A stretch of DNA of 64,000 nt from an uncultured Verrucomicrobiae bacterium. Lineage in GTDB: Bacteria > Chlamydiota > Chlamydiia > Chlamydiales > Rhabdochlamydiaceae. Each line of letters starts with the position of its first letter. Position 1 is the stretch's first letter. Location of the stretch: the NCBI GenBank assembly GCA_963806855.1, contig CAWDYW010000001.1, forward strand, positions 800,001-864,000, read 5' to 3'. The notes below the pieces were generated by a model. The model did not search any database. It saw only the letters and a list, made by a program, of their open reading frames with translations, and was not told the DNA's origin. This document shows positions 44,105 to 53,020 of this stretch, piece by piece. The position numbers and the translations under genes were made by a program.

Positions 44105-44437
44105 ATGGCAGAGAGTTTTTGGAGAGATTTTGTTTCTTTAAGTTCCGCATGTTTATATTGGAATGATTTATCCCAGACAGATAACTTGGAAGATCTGTTA
44201 AAAAAAAATTCTTCTCTAAAAAAAGGCCCTTCACAAAAGGGAAAGATATTGACTGCTAAAAAAATGTTCGATGAATTTACTCTATTGGCAACAAGGAAGC
44301 TCTTGAGATTTTATGGAACTGATGATGATATTTGGATCACCCCCAGAGAATTTATTTCCGCTGCATTAGCTCGCAAGTATGAGCCTTCGCCTCGAGCACA
44401 ACATGGGATTCACAATCCCATGAGTTGTTGTACATAA
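44105..44437 (+). CDS. Hypothetical protein
   Basis: 110-aa ORF directly after the antitoxin. Confidence 0.45.
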   Translation: MAESFWRDFVSLSSACLYWNDLSQTDNLEDLLKKNSSLKKGPSQKGKILTAKKMFDEFTLLATRKLLRFYGTDDDIWITPREFISAALARKYEPSPRAQHGIHNPMSCCT

Positions 44438-44669
44438 GTAATTGATAATAAATGATGATATTGCTGAGAAATTGGCCAATGGGTGGTTTGTGGGTGTTTA
44501 AAGGGGAATGTTGATAGCAAAATCTCGTTGAAAGTAAAGGAGAACGAATTGGGAAATTTAAGTTAAAATGTTGTGGTGTGTTGTGATCGATCCCCCCCAT
44601 CAGCCGCCCACGGGTAGTTTTGGTGGGGGAATTTGACGAGGTTATTATAGATTGATTTACATAGAGAAT

Positions 44670-45017
44670 TGGGGGCGGTAGGCTCGCCCTCTCGCGGGGA
44701 CTGCGTCTCCCGTCTCCAAGGGCCGGTCTACGGCGGTCTCGCAAGCTCGACAACGCCTCCGACTTCGAGTCCAAACGAAAGCCAAACTATTGGCTTTCTC
44801 CGCCCCCAAAAAAATCAAAACCTCGCATTCGCGAGGCATTTTTTTGGGGGCGGTAGGCTCGCCCTCTCGCGGGGACTGCGTCTCCCGTCTCCAAGGGCCG
44901 GTCTACGGCGGTCTCGCAAGCTCGACAACGCCTTCGACTTCGAGTCCAAACAGAAGCCAAACTTTTGGCTTCTTCCGCCCCCAAAAATAAAATACCCGCT
45001 ACTTCGTGCGGGATTTT
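44670..45017. repeat. Two units of the tRNA-linked repeat directly 3' of tRNA-Tyr
   Basis: Same sequence as 38836-39183. Confidence 0.95.
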
Positions 45018-45099
45018 TGGGGGCGGTTGGACTCGAACCAACGGAGACCGAAGTCGAGGGATTTACAGTCCCTTGCAATTGCCGCTATGCGACACCCCC
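45018..45099 (-). tRNA. tRNA-Tyr (GTA)
   Basis: GGGGGTG/CGCCCCC acceptor stem, CTGTAAA loop, long variable arm, GGTTCGAGTCC; no encoded CCA. Confidence 0.96.
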
Positions 45100-45123
45100 A
45101 GTATTACTCAGGTTAAATGAAAT

Positions 45124-45196
45124 TGCTGGCGAAAGGAATTGAACCCTCAACCGTCCGATTACAAGTCGGGTGCTCTACCAATTGAGCTATGCCAGC
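45124..45196 (-). tRNA. tRNA-Thr (TGT)
   Basis: GCTGGCA acceptor stem, CTTGTAA loop, GGTTCAATTCC. Confidence 0.96.
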
Positions 45197-45232
45197 ATAG
45201 ATGGGAAATAATAACAAATGGGATGTTTGCAC

Positions 45233-45793
45233 TCAAGAATTTTCAGAATCCTCTTCAAGTGCATAGGGGAGAACTTCTACAAATCGCTCGATTTGGCACC
45301 GGTTGTCAAACGGTACGTCGAGGTTGATCAGCTCATAATTGTTGTTGGCCCCTTTCACCGGGACTATCCGGTCTTCCTGCGCCCAGTGGTGGAGCGTTCG
45401 TTTGTTAAAATCAAAGACTAGGACCCATTGGGTGCCATCACTTAGGGTGATGAGGTCAATGTCGCTGTTATACTCTTTTATTGAGGGATAGAGGGGATAG
45501 GAATTGAAGCTCAAGGCGACATTGGGGGTATAGAGGGGCTTGGCAAGGTTCTGGAGGAGAAAGCCAGGCTGGTTGACTGCTTGAATGAGGATGGGGTCTC
45601 CCTCGGTCCACTTGCGGAGCAGGTTTTCACTAAAATGGTCGGGGGTCCACTTCCAAATCGAGCCGTCGTTTAGGGTGATCAGGACGATGGTGCTTCCGCT
45701 TTGGGCCCGGTAATCGACCGATTGGAGTTTTCTCTCGATGGGGATTGCGGCGGTGAGGAGGGTGGTCAGTAGTAGGAATAAAATTTTCTTCAT
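45233..45793 (-). CDS. Hypothetical exported protein
   Basis: Signal peptide; two internal repeats of the ITL.DG..W...W..GD.I type. Confidence 0.75.
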   Translation of the reverse strand: MKKILFLLLTTLLTAAIPIERKLQSVDYRAQSGSTIVLITLNDGSIWKWTPDHFSENLLRKWTEGDPILIQAVNQPGFLLQNLAKPLYTPNVALSFNSYPLYPSIKEYNSDIDLITLSDGTQWVLVFDFNKRTLHHWAQEDRIVPVKGANNNYELINLDVPFDNRCQIERFVEVLPYALEEDSENS

Positions 45794-45862
45794 AGTGCGT
45801 TACTATAAGGAAGCGGGGAATTTTCGACTAGAGCAAAAAACTGCAAAGAAGCTATAGATGGA

Positions 45863-46462
45863 ATGATGAAAGTAGATCCTACATTTAAAGAGCGTTTTGG
45901 CATTTCCACTCCGATTATTTATTCTCACGATGTGATCGTCGATCCGAAATGGAAGGAAAAATACACTAAGGCTTGGAAAAAGTTTCGCAATGAATTTGAG
46001 CTGTGTGGTTCGGTGAGGCGGCATCAGCGGTTTGACAAGCTGCTGAAGAGGGTCGAGCAGTTAGGGGATGATTTGCCATTCACACACCTGGTTGAAATTC
46101 GGTACATAAATAAGGATGTGGGGTATGGGGTGTTTGCCAAGCAGTATATTCGTCCTTACACTCTGCTCAACCTTTATGGCGGAATTTTAAGGCACGACGA
46201 GGCGATTGCTGAAGATAACGACAGTACGTTTATGTTCTCCAACTTCCCCGATTTTTCAATCGATGCTGCCAAGGTGGGCAATTGGTGTCGATTTATGAAC
46301 CATAGCGAGACGGGGACGAATGTGATCGCATGGGAACACTATTCGAAGTGGGGGCCTCGCATTTTGTTCACTGCGGGAAGAAAGGGGATTCGGAAGGGAG
46401 CGCAACTATTGTATAGCTATGGCGACAGCTATTGGGAAGATGAGGGGTTTGAAGAGCTGTGA
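45863..46462 (+). CDS. SET-domain lysine methyltransferase (NUE-like)
   Basis: VGYGVFA, YGG, GNWCRFMNHS and QLLYSYG..YW motifs. Confidence 0.9.
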   Translation: MMKVDPTFKERFGISTPIIYSHDVIVDPKWKEKYTKAWKKFRNEFELCGSVRRHQRFDKLLKRVEQLGDDLPFTHLVEIRYINKDVGYGVFAKQYIRPYTLLNLYGGILRHDEAIAEDNDSTFMFSNFPDFSIDAAKVGNWCRFMNHSETGTNVIAWEHYSKWGPRILFTAGRKGIRKGAQLLYSYGDSYWEDEGFEEL

Positions 46463-46890
46463 TTTTTCTTCTGCTGGCGGTTGTCTGTTTTCTTGTCCAC
46501 TGGGCCATTCGGAGAAAAGATGGGGCCAATCTGCTGCTGCTCTATCTGGTGTTTTTCTGCTATGGGCTCTATGGCATTGCCGATTTTACAGTGGATGTGA
46601 TTTATCCGACTTACTCTGCTCAGTTGATGGGCTGGCAGGGGGGTAACCCTTTTCAATTTGAAACCGGGATCGCCAATTTGAGTTTAGGCGTTTTGGGGCT
46701 TTTAAGTGTTAGATTTCGGAATGGTTTTTTGCTGGCGACGATCATTGGCAACTCGATTTGGCTGTGGGGCGATGTGATCGGTCATTTAATGAAAAGTGGG
46801 GAGAGGATGGACCTCTTTTATTGGGCAGATGCTTTTATCCCCCTTTTAATTTGGATCGTCTATTTTTTAAAACCTTCCAAACAATCTTAA
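46459..46890 (+). CDS. Membrane protein (DUF6790-like)
   Basis: Hydrophobic; GW...PFQFE.G.AN and GD..GH motifs. Confidence 0.7.
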   Translation: MIFLLLAVVCFLVHWAIRRKDGANLLLLYLVFFCYGLYGIADFTVDVIYPTYSAQLMGWQGGNPFQFETGIANLSLGVLGLLSVRFRNGFLLATIIGNSIWLWGDVIGHLMKSGERMDLFYWADAFIPLLIWIVYFLKPSKQS

Positions 46891-46930
46891 GGGATCTTAT
46901 ACTCCTGCTGTGAAAGAAAAGGAGTCATAG

Positions 46931-47293
46931 ATGATTTCAGGTGTTAAACATGTCAGTATCCCGGTAAAAAACCAGGATAAGGCGCTCAAATTTTATACCG
47001 AGATTCTCGGGTTTGAGGTGCTCGTCGATGCTGAATTCGGCCCACAGCGGTGGATCGAACTCAAGATCCCCGGAGGCGAGACTCAAGTGGTTCTCTTTAC
47101 CCCAGAGGGGCATGAGGATCGGGTCGGAACTTTTTCCAATATTGTCTTTATGACGGATGATATTAAGAAAACGTTTAAGGATTTGAAGGCAAAAGGGGTC
47201 AAATTCACCAAGGATCTCACTGAAGAGTCTTGGGGCACTTATGCTATCTTCGAAGATGCAGAAGGCAATACTTTCTGCTTATCGTCTGCCTAA
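46931..47293 (+). CDS. VOC/glyoxalase family protein
   Basis: HVSIPV..Q.KAL.FY...LGF and WG..A.F.D.EGN motifs. Confidence 0.9.
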   Translation: MISGVKHVSIPVKNQDKALKFYTEILGFEVLVDAEFGPQRWIELKIPGGETQVVLFTPEGHEDRVGTFSNIVFMTDDIKKTFKDLKAKGVKFTKDLTEESWGTYAIFEDAEGNTFCLSSA

Positions 47294-47980
47294 TACATTT
47301 AAGATTTGTTGCAAGACCGCCTCTTTAGGGGCGGTTGAATCGACTGTGTGCAGCGCGTTTTGTTTGCTGTAGAAATCGATCAGGGGGGCTGTCTGCTCAT
47401 GGTAGACTTTTAGCCGCTCTTCGACCACTTCTTTAGTGTCATCGCTGCGCTGATAGAGGGTGCCGCCGCATTTATCACAGATTCCCTCTTTTTGTGGACG
47501 GGAATTGATGAGGTGATAGGGGGTTTGGCACGATTTGCAAATTTGTCTTTTAACGATCCTGTCGACGATTTCAGCATCGGGAATGTTTAGGCTAATCGCT
47601 GTGACTTGGGAGTCGGTCAGTCGTTTTTGGAGGGCCTCTGCTTGGGGGATATTGCGGGGGAAACCGTCGAGGATATACCCTTTCTGGCAATCGGGCTGCG
47701 CGACCCTTGCAAAGAGCATGTCGAAGACCAGGTCGTCGGGGACGAGCTTCCCGGCATCCATGTAGGTTTTCGCTTTATGGCCCAGGTCGGTCCCTTGTTT
47801 AATATTTTCGCGTAACAGCTCGCCGGTCGAAATATGGGCGATTTCCATTTTCTCTTTGATCAGGCTTGCCTGAGAGCCTTTGCCAGCACCTGGAGGGCCT
47901 AAGAGGATAACGACTTGAGTTTGAGTTGCTTGTAGACTGGCCATAAATAGAATCAACAGGATTAAAATTTTCTTAAACAT
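47279..47980 (-). CDS. adk: Adenylate kinase with signal-peptide-like N-terminus
   Basis: GPPGAGKG, HISTG, LDGFPR, Zn lid CKSC/CDKC and QRSDD. Confidence 0.93.
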   Translation of the reverse strand: MFKKILILLILFMASLQATQTQVVILLGPPGAGKGSQASLIKEKMEIAHISTGELLRENIKQGTDLGHKAKTYMDAGKLVPDDLVFDMLFARVAQPDCQKGYILDGFPRNIPQAEALQKRLTDSQVTAISLNIPDAEIVDRIVKRQICKSCQTPYHLINSRPQKEGICDKCGGTLYQRSDDTKEVVEERLKVYHEQTAPLIDFYSKQNALHTVDSTAPKEAVLQQILNVLGRR

Positions 47981-48131
47981 ACAAAGCTATGATACCATTT
48001 TCGGGGATTTTTTTATACCCAAAGAACTTGAAAAGTTGGGAATTCGGCAAAAAATCTGCAGCAAAGCCGACGAAGCCGAAAACCAACTTTTCAAGTTGTT
48101 TGGGTTTAATGGGTATGATAATGTTTGGGGT

Positions 48132-49334
48132 ATGAAAAACTTATTCCTGTTTGCTCTCCTTATCTCTTCTAGTCTATTCGCAGAGGTCGATTTCTCCGAT
48201 TTCGATCGGTACCAGGGACGGTGCACCCGGGCCGAGCTCGAGAAGAAATTGGGGCTCTTTTTGCAGAAAGACGGCGGCGTCGGCAGTTATTTTTCACTGA
48301 CCGATAGCTCTTTAACTTTCTACAATGATGCTGAGACCAATCCTGAGCGAGGGGTCGAGTATGAATTGAAGCTCGCCGCACAGGGGAGTGCCTTAACACC
48401 AGCCCCATTGCGCAAGGATCTGGTCGGTGTGAAAATCGCGATCGATCCGGGCCATTTGGGTGGGGTTTTTGCCAATCTCGAGGACCGCTTTATTGACATT
48501 CCTCCTTCGCTGGAGCGAGTTGATTCAATTAAATTCGATGAGGGGACGCTCTGCTTTTTGACCGGGATGTATCTGAAGCTTCTTCTGGAGAAGGAGGGGG
48601 CGATTGTGATGATGACGCGCGATCAAATTGGCACGGGGGTCTATGGGGACGATTTTTTTGATTGGCTTAAGAAGAATGTCCATTTGTGGATGGGAGAAGG
48701 GGGATCGCTGAAGAAGCTTTTTGGCAAGTACTATAATCCGCTCGATTTGCGCGCGCGCGCCAAAAAGATCAATCAATTTGCTCCCGATTTGAGCGTGGTG
48801 ATCCACTATAATTCTCAAGATGGGGAGAATAATGGGCCGTCGAATCATACGATTTCTCCTGTGAATTACAACATGGTTTTTGTTCCGGGCGCTTTTTGCC
48901 ATAATGAGCTGGCCGATCGCGATAGCCGCTATGAATTCATGCGTCTGCTGGTGAGCGAGGATCTTCACGGCTCCCTAACTTTAAGTCAGGCGATTTTGGA
49001 AAAATTTGGGGAGCACTTGCAGGTGCCGCCTGTTTCAAAATCGGATGGGGCCAATTATCTCAATCGGGTGGGGATCAAAATCGGCGAGGGGATTTATGCG
49101 CGCAATCTGGCGCTAACGCGGCTGATTCATGGTCCCATTTGCTATGGGGAGACGCTTATTCAAAACAACATCGACGAGTGCGTCAGATTGAACAGACGCG
49201 ATTTTGTGATAGGTGGAGTCTGGTGCTCTTCGAGGATCAAGCAGGTTGCTGAGGCCTACTTCGAGGGGATTAAAAGCTATCTGCTCACTTGCGGAATAGA
49301 TAAAAAAACAGATTTAGTAGAATCGTCAAAATAA
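48132..49334 (+). CDS. N-acetylmuramoyl-L-alanine amidase (Amidase_3-like)
   Basis: Signal peptide; IAIDPGH, E, IHYN and E zinc-ligand pattern. Confidence 0.8.
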   Translation: MKNLFLFALLISSSLFAEVDFSDFDRYQGRCTRAELEKKLGLFLQKDGGVGSYFSLTDSSLTFYNDAETNPERGVEYELKLAAQGSALTPAPLRKDLVGVKIAIDPGHLGGVFANLEDRFIDIPPSLERVDSIKFDEGTLCFLTGMYLKLLLEKEGAIVMMTRDQIGTGVYGDDFFDWLKKNVHLWMGEGGSLKKLFGKYYNPLDLRARAKKINQFAPDLSVVIHYNSQDGENNGPSNHTISPVNYNMVFVPGAFCHNELADRDSRYEFMRLLVSEDLHGSLTLSQAILEKFGEHLQVPPVSKSDGANYLNRVGIKIGEGIYARNLALTRLIHGPICYGETLIQNNIDECVRLNRRDFVIGGVWCSSRIKQVAEAYFEGIKSYLLTCGIDKKTDLVESSK

Positions 49335-49488
49335 TGCTCAAGACCAGGGAAGTGACGATGGGGAAATAGACTCTATATTTTTCCCCTTTGATGTCGATAT
49401 TGCCTGGGAGTTTTGGAAAGAGGTAGATCACAAGAGCGACGACGATAAAGCTGATTCCAATAAAGAAAAACCATTTAGCGACATTCAT
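49285..49488 (-). CDS. DUF2905 family small membrane protein
   Basis: LPGNI...YFPIVTSLVLSIILT. Confidence 0.8.
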   Translation of the reverse strand: MNVAKWFFFIGISFIVVALVIYLFPKLPGNIDIKGEKYRVYFPIVTSLVLSIILTILLNLFFYLFRK

Positions 49489-50200
49489 ATTTAAGTCCGT
49501 CATAGGCGATGAGCCATTCAATGCCCCGCTCGCTGGCGAGGGTCTCAATCTGTTTTTGTGCTTTCTCTTCGCGCGAGACGATGCCGCTGCCGCAGTGGGT
49601 GATGATCATTTTGGGCACGTTCATTTTTTTGCACCAGGTCAGCTGCTGCCGGATGGTTGCATGGCCAAAGATGGTGCCATTTTTTTTCCGCACCATGGGT
49701 CGGACGATGGTCGCGCCGTCGCCAATGTAGAATTGGATCCCATGCAGCGCCTCTTCCATCTCTTCGATCCACGCGACGTCGGGAGCATAAAAGAGTTTGG
49801 TTTTTCCGCTGGTGATCCGGTAGCCGACGGCGGGGCAGCGGAGGGAGTGGAGCAGGGGAAATGGCTCAAACTGGATGCCGCCGATTCGATGCTTTTTTCG
49901 AGGAACGATCAGGCGCCTTTGAGTTTTAGGGATGGGGAACCGGTCGATCAGTTTCCAGGTCTCGGCGGTGGCCCAGACAGGACAGGGGGCGCCCTCTTTG
50001 AGGCCGAATGCGTGATCGGGATGGGCGTGGGTGAGGACGATTTGGGTGGGCCGAGCTTTCTTGATCTGATGGAGCCAGGTGGTGCCGCAATCAACCATTA
50101 CCCGATTCCCGCGATGCGAAAAGAGGGTCGAGGTGTGCATCTTGTGACGAATGGTTTGGGGCTCAATTTCACCCCTGGTTCCTAAAAATTGGATTTTCAT
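49475..50200 (-). CDS. MBL-fold metallo-hydrolase (PhnP-like)
   Basis: FLGT, THAHPDH, H, D, GH, TH and AYDG motifs. Confidence 0.88.
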   Translation of the reverse strand: MKIQFLGTRGEIEPQTIRHKMHTSTLFSHRGNRVMVDCGTTWLHQIKKARPTQIVLTHAHPDHAFGLKEGAPCPVWATAETWKLIDRFPIPKTQRRLIVPRKKHRIGGIQFEPFPLLHSLRCPAVGYRITSGKTKLFYAPDVAWIEEMEEALHGIQFYIGDGATIVRPMVRKKNGTIFGHATIRQQLTWCKKMNVPKMIITHCGSGIVSREEKAQKQIETLASERGIEWLIAYDGLKYECR

Positions 50201-51039
50201 TTTATCGCAGTGAACAATCCATAGCGGAGCGATTTGAACTTATAGGCGAGCCAGATGCGGTAGATGGTGAGGGCAAAGATCCGGTCTGGGATATTTTTGT
50301 TGCGGAGTAGATCGCGCACTTTTTTGTCGGTGAAGATGGCCTTAGTCAAGCGGTAGACGCAGATCGACCAGGTCTTTTTGACCGAGTCGGTAATATCTTG
50401 GAATTCAATCTCGGAAAACCCTGCTTTTTCCATCATCTCCCGATACTCCCGCTCTGTGCCGATGCTGGGAATATGCCGCTCTTCGCAGATTGGTTGAAGC
50501 AGATGGGCCGTTTCCCATTTGGAGGGGGTTTGCCTGACGATCCAGGCGGTGGTGACAAAATGGCCGCCAGGACGGACGAGGCGGGCCGCTTCAGTAAAAA
50601 ATTGCTTCTTGTCGATCATCTCTTCTAAGCTCTCGATTGCAATGACGACATCAAAGGAATTTGAGGGGAGGGAATTCTTGAGAAAATCGGCCAAAATATA
50701 GCGGGGATTGGTCGATTCAGGGTCGTGGGTCCGCGAATATTGCCACTGGGCCTTGGAAAGGGTCAGAGCGGTCACCTGAGCTCCTTTTTCCCGGACGAGG
50801 TAGCGGGCAGAGGCGCCATAGCCGCAGCCGACGTCGCATACTCTCGCATTGCTATCGATTTTCCCCTTTTCGGCAATCAACTCGACGAGTTGCTCCAAGG
50901 CTAATGGGAGAGGTTCATCGCCCATTTTCCAGTAGCCATGGTTGATATATTCGCCCCAGAGCTTACGATAGTAGGGATCGAGGGTCTCGTAGTGAGTTGA
51001 AATCGTCTCGGCCGTTTGGGGGTTGGGAGGATAAATCAT
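50197..51039 (-). CDS. SAM-dependent methyltransferase (tocopherol/sterol MT-like)
   Basis: WGE...HGYW, DVGCGYG, FDVV.AIES and RPGG motifs. Confidence 0.88.
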   Translation of the reverse strand: MIYPPNPQTAETISTHYETLDPYYRKLWGEYINHGYWKMGDEPLPLALEQLVELIAEKGKIDSNARVCDVGCGYGASARYLVREKGAQVTALTLSKAQWQYSRTHDPESTNPRYILADFLKNSLPSNSFDVVIAIESLEEMIDKKQFFTEAARLVRPGGHFVTTAWIVRQTPSKWETAHLLQPICEERHIPSIGTEREYREMMEKAGFSEIEFQDITDSVKKTWSICVYRLTKAIFTDKKVRDLLRNKNIPDRIFALTIYRIWLAYKFKSLRYGLFTAIK

Positions 51040-51096
51040 AATTTTAAAGTAATCGATGTTGAAAAAAAATGGAAACTATTGTTTGATAGAACGTCT

Positions 51097-52908
51097 ATGA
51101 AGAGGATTTTAGCATCACAATTGCTCTCCCATCTCGATCAGCCCATTATGCTGCGTGGGTGGTTAAATAACTTTCGCACCTTCGGGAAGCTGGGCTTTTT
51201 GATCCTGCGCGACCGAAGTGGATTTGCCCAAATTGTCATCGTCGACAAGGATCAGTCCAAGCAAATCCATGAGTTGCAGCCCGGTTCGATTCTGCGGATT
51301 CATGGAAAAGCGGTCAAGTCAGATCAAGCGGGCCTTGGAGTGGAGGTGGTCGACCCTACAATTAGTGTCGAAGTGGCCATCACAGAGCCGCCGCCGGTTG
51401 AATATTACAAGCCCGATATCCCTTCTGATTTGGACTTCATCCTCGATAACCGCTCCATTGCGCTGCGCAATCGGAAAATTCAGGCGGTCTTCACGATCCA
51501 AGCGGAGCTTTGTCACGCTTATCGCCTCTACATGCACGATGTGGTGGGAGCGGTCGAGTATTTTGCCCCCAACATCATCGGCACCTCATCTGAAGGCGGT
51601 GCAGAATTCTTCAATGTCGACTACTTTGGCTATACAGCGACTCTTGCGCAAAGTTCGCAGCTCTATAAGCAGATCATGGTGGGTGTCAATGAGCGGGTCT
51701 TTGCCCTCATGCCTTTTTTCCGCGCTGAACCTTCCCATACTCCACGCCACTTATCTGAAGGCAAACAGCTCGAATTTGAGATGGGCTTTTTCGAGTCGTG
51801 GCACGAAGTTTTAGATGTGCAAGAGGGAGTCATCAAGGCGATCATCAAGCATCTCAATAGCCACTGCCAGCGTGAATTGCAGGCTTTAGAAGTCGAACTT
51901 GCCCTCTGTCCTGAACATGTGCCGATTCCACGGATCACCTTCAAAGAAGCTCAAGAGATCTATTTCGAGCGCTCTGGCGTTGATGAGAGAAATGAACCTG
52001 ATTTGAGCCCTGCATCTGAAAGAGAGCTGTGTAAATATGCTCGAGAAAAATTTGGGACAGATCTGATTTTTGTGATCGATTGGAAGACCGAAAAGCGCCC
52101 CTTCTACTCCTTCCCAAATGAGAAACATCCTGAGCTGACGAACACTTTCGATTTGCTCTGCGCCGGCACCGAGATCACCTCTGGCGGCCAGCGCCGCTAT
52201 ACCTATGAGTCGATGGTCGAGGGGATCAAAATGAAGGGGATGAATCCCGACAGTTTCCAAGACTATTTGACGATTTTCCGCTATGGCATGCCTCCCCACG
52301 GAGGATTTGGAATGGGACTGGAGCGGCTGACCATGACGCTACTCGGGCTGAAAAACATCCGCGAAGCCTCTCTCTTCCCCTCAGATCCCAAACGGATCGC
52401 TGGTAACCGGATCAAGGCTAAAATCGTCTTCGGCGGGGAGAACCTTCGCAATGAAATCGTCCGTCTGCTTAACCAAAAAGAGTTCGAATTTGAGCATCTG
52501 GTTCACGAAGAGGTTGAGGCCTCCTCTGAGGCTGCAGCAGCAATGCGCGGGACCCGTCTTGAAGATGGGGTGAAGGCGCTCATCTTGTGCGGCAAGAAAA
52601 CCAAGAAAAATTACCAATTCAATATCCCTGCCAATCTCAAAATCGACATGAAGGCGGTTGCCGAGGCGGTTGGCGAGAAATGTGAGTTTGAAGATCCAGC
52701 TGTGATCGAAGAACGATATGGATTGAAAATTGGGTCAGTTCCTCCATTTGGAAACTTGCTCAACCTTGAGACCTTCTTCGATGAGGGGATTAAGGAGCGA
52801 GAACAGGTGGTTTTCAACTGTGGGCTACGTCATGAGTCGATCGTGATGAAGGCAAAAGATCTGATTAAGGTCGTCGACCCGAAGATCGGGCAATTTGCTA
52901 AGTCTTAA
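51097..52908 (+). CDS. aspS: Short (archaeal-type) aspartyl-tRNA synthetase fused to a C-terminal YbaK/ProX-like domain
   Basis: OB fold (FLILRD.SG), LAQSSQLYKQ, FRAE, GMPPHGGFGMGLERL, then VKALI...GSVPPFG...FNCG. Confidence 0.88.
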   Translation: MKRILASQLLSHLDQPIMLRGWLNNFRTFGKLGFLILRDRSGFAQIVIVDKDQSKQIHELQPGSILRIHGKAVKSDQAGLGVEVVDPTISVEVAITEPPPVEYYKPDIPSDLDFILDNRSIALRNRKIQAVFTIQAELCHAYRLYMHDVVGAVEYFAPNIIGTSSEGGAEFFNVDYFGYTATLAQSSQLYKQIMVGVNERVFALMPFFRAEPSHTPRHLSEGKQLEFEMGFFESWHEVLDVQEGVIKAIIKHLNSHCQRELQALEVELALCPEHVPIPRITFKEAQEIYFERSGVDERNEPDLSPASERELCKYAREKFGTDLIFVIDWKTEKRPFYSFPNEKHPELTNTFDLLCAGTEITSGGQRRYTYESMVEGIKMKGMNPDSFQDYLTIFRYGMPPHGGFGMGLERLTMTLLGLKNIREASLFPSDPKRIAGNRIKAKIVFGGENLRNEIVRLLNQKEFEFEHLVHEEVEASSEAAAAMRGTRLEDGVKALILCGKKTKKNYQFNIPANLKIDMKAVAEAVGEKCEFEDPAVIEERYGLKIGSVPPFGNLLNLETFFDEGIKEREQVVFNCGLRHESIVMKAKDLIKVVDPKIGQFAKS

Positions 52909-52926
52909 AATGTTATCAGCAGATTA

Positions 52927-53011
52927 AACGCAAAGACGCCAAGGCGCAAAGACGCAAGAAAAAAAATCATTTTGTTTTTTTTGCGTCTTTGCGCCTTTGC
53001 GTCTTTGCGTT
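52927..53011. repeat. Palindrome built from 8-bp units, probable bidirectional terminator or REP-like element
   Basis: 31-bp arms (1 mismatch) made of GCAAAGAC-like units, between convergent genes. Confidence 0.8.
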
Positions 53012-53020
53012 GAAAATGAC

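Larger units (their letters stand above)
39237..44669. mobile_element. Integrase-less genomic island at tRNA-Tyr
   Basis: Bounded by the 401-bp direct repeat; arm-like motifs near both ends; carries a TA pair. Confidence 0.7.

Noticed and set aside
44105..44437. Integrase remnant at the island end
   Set aside because: No R-H-x-x-R-Y tyrosine recombinase motifs or serine recombinase motifs are visible
49556..50185. Long alternative-frame ORFs (also 51218-51814 and 63443-63874)
   Set aside because: They shadow well-supported genes and carry no motifs
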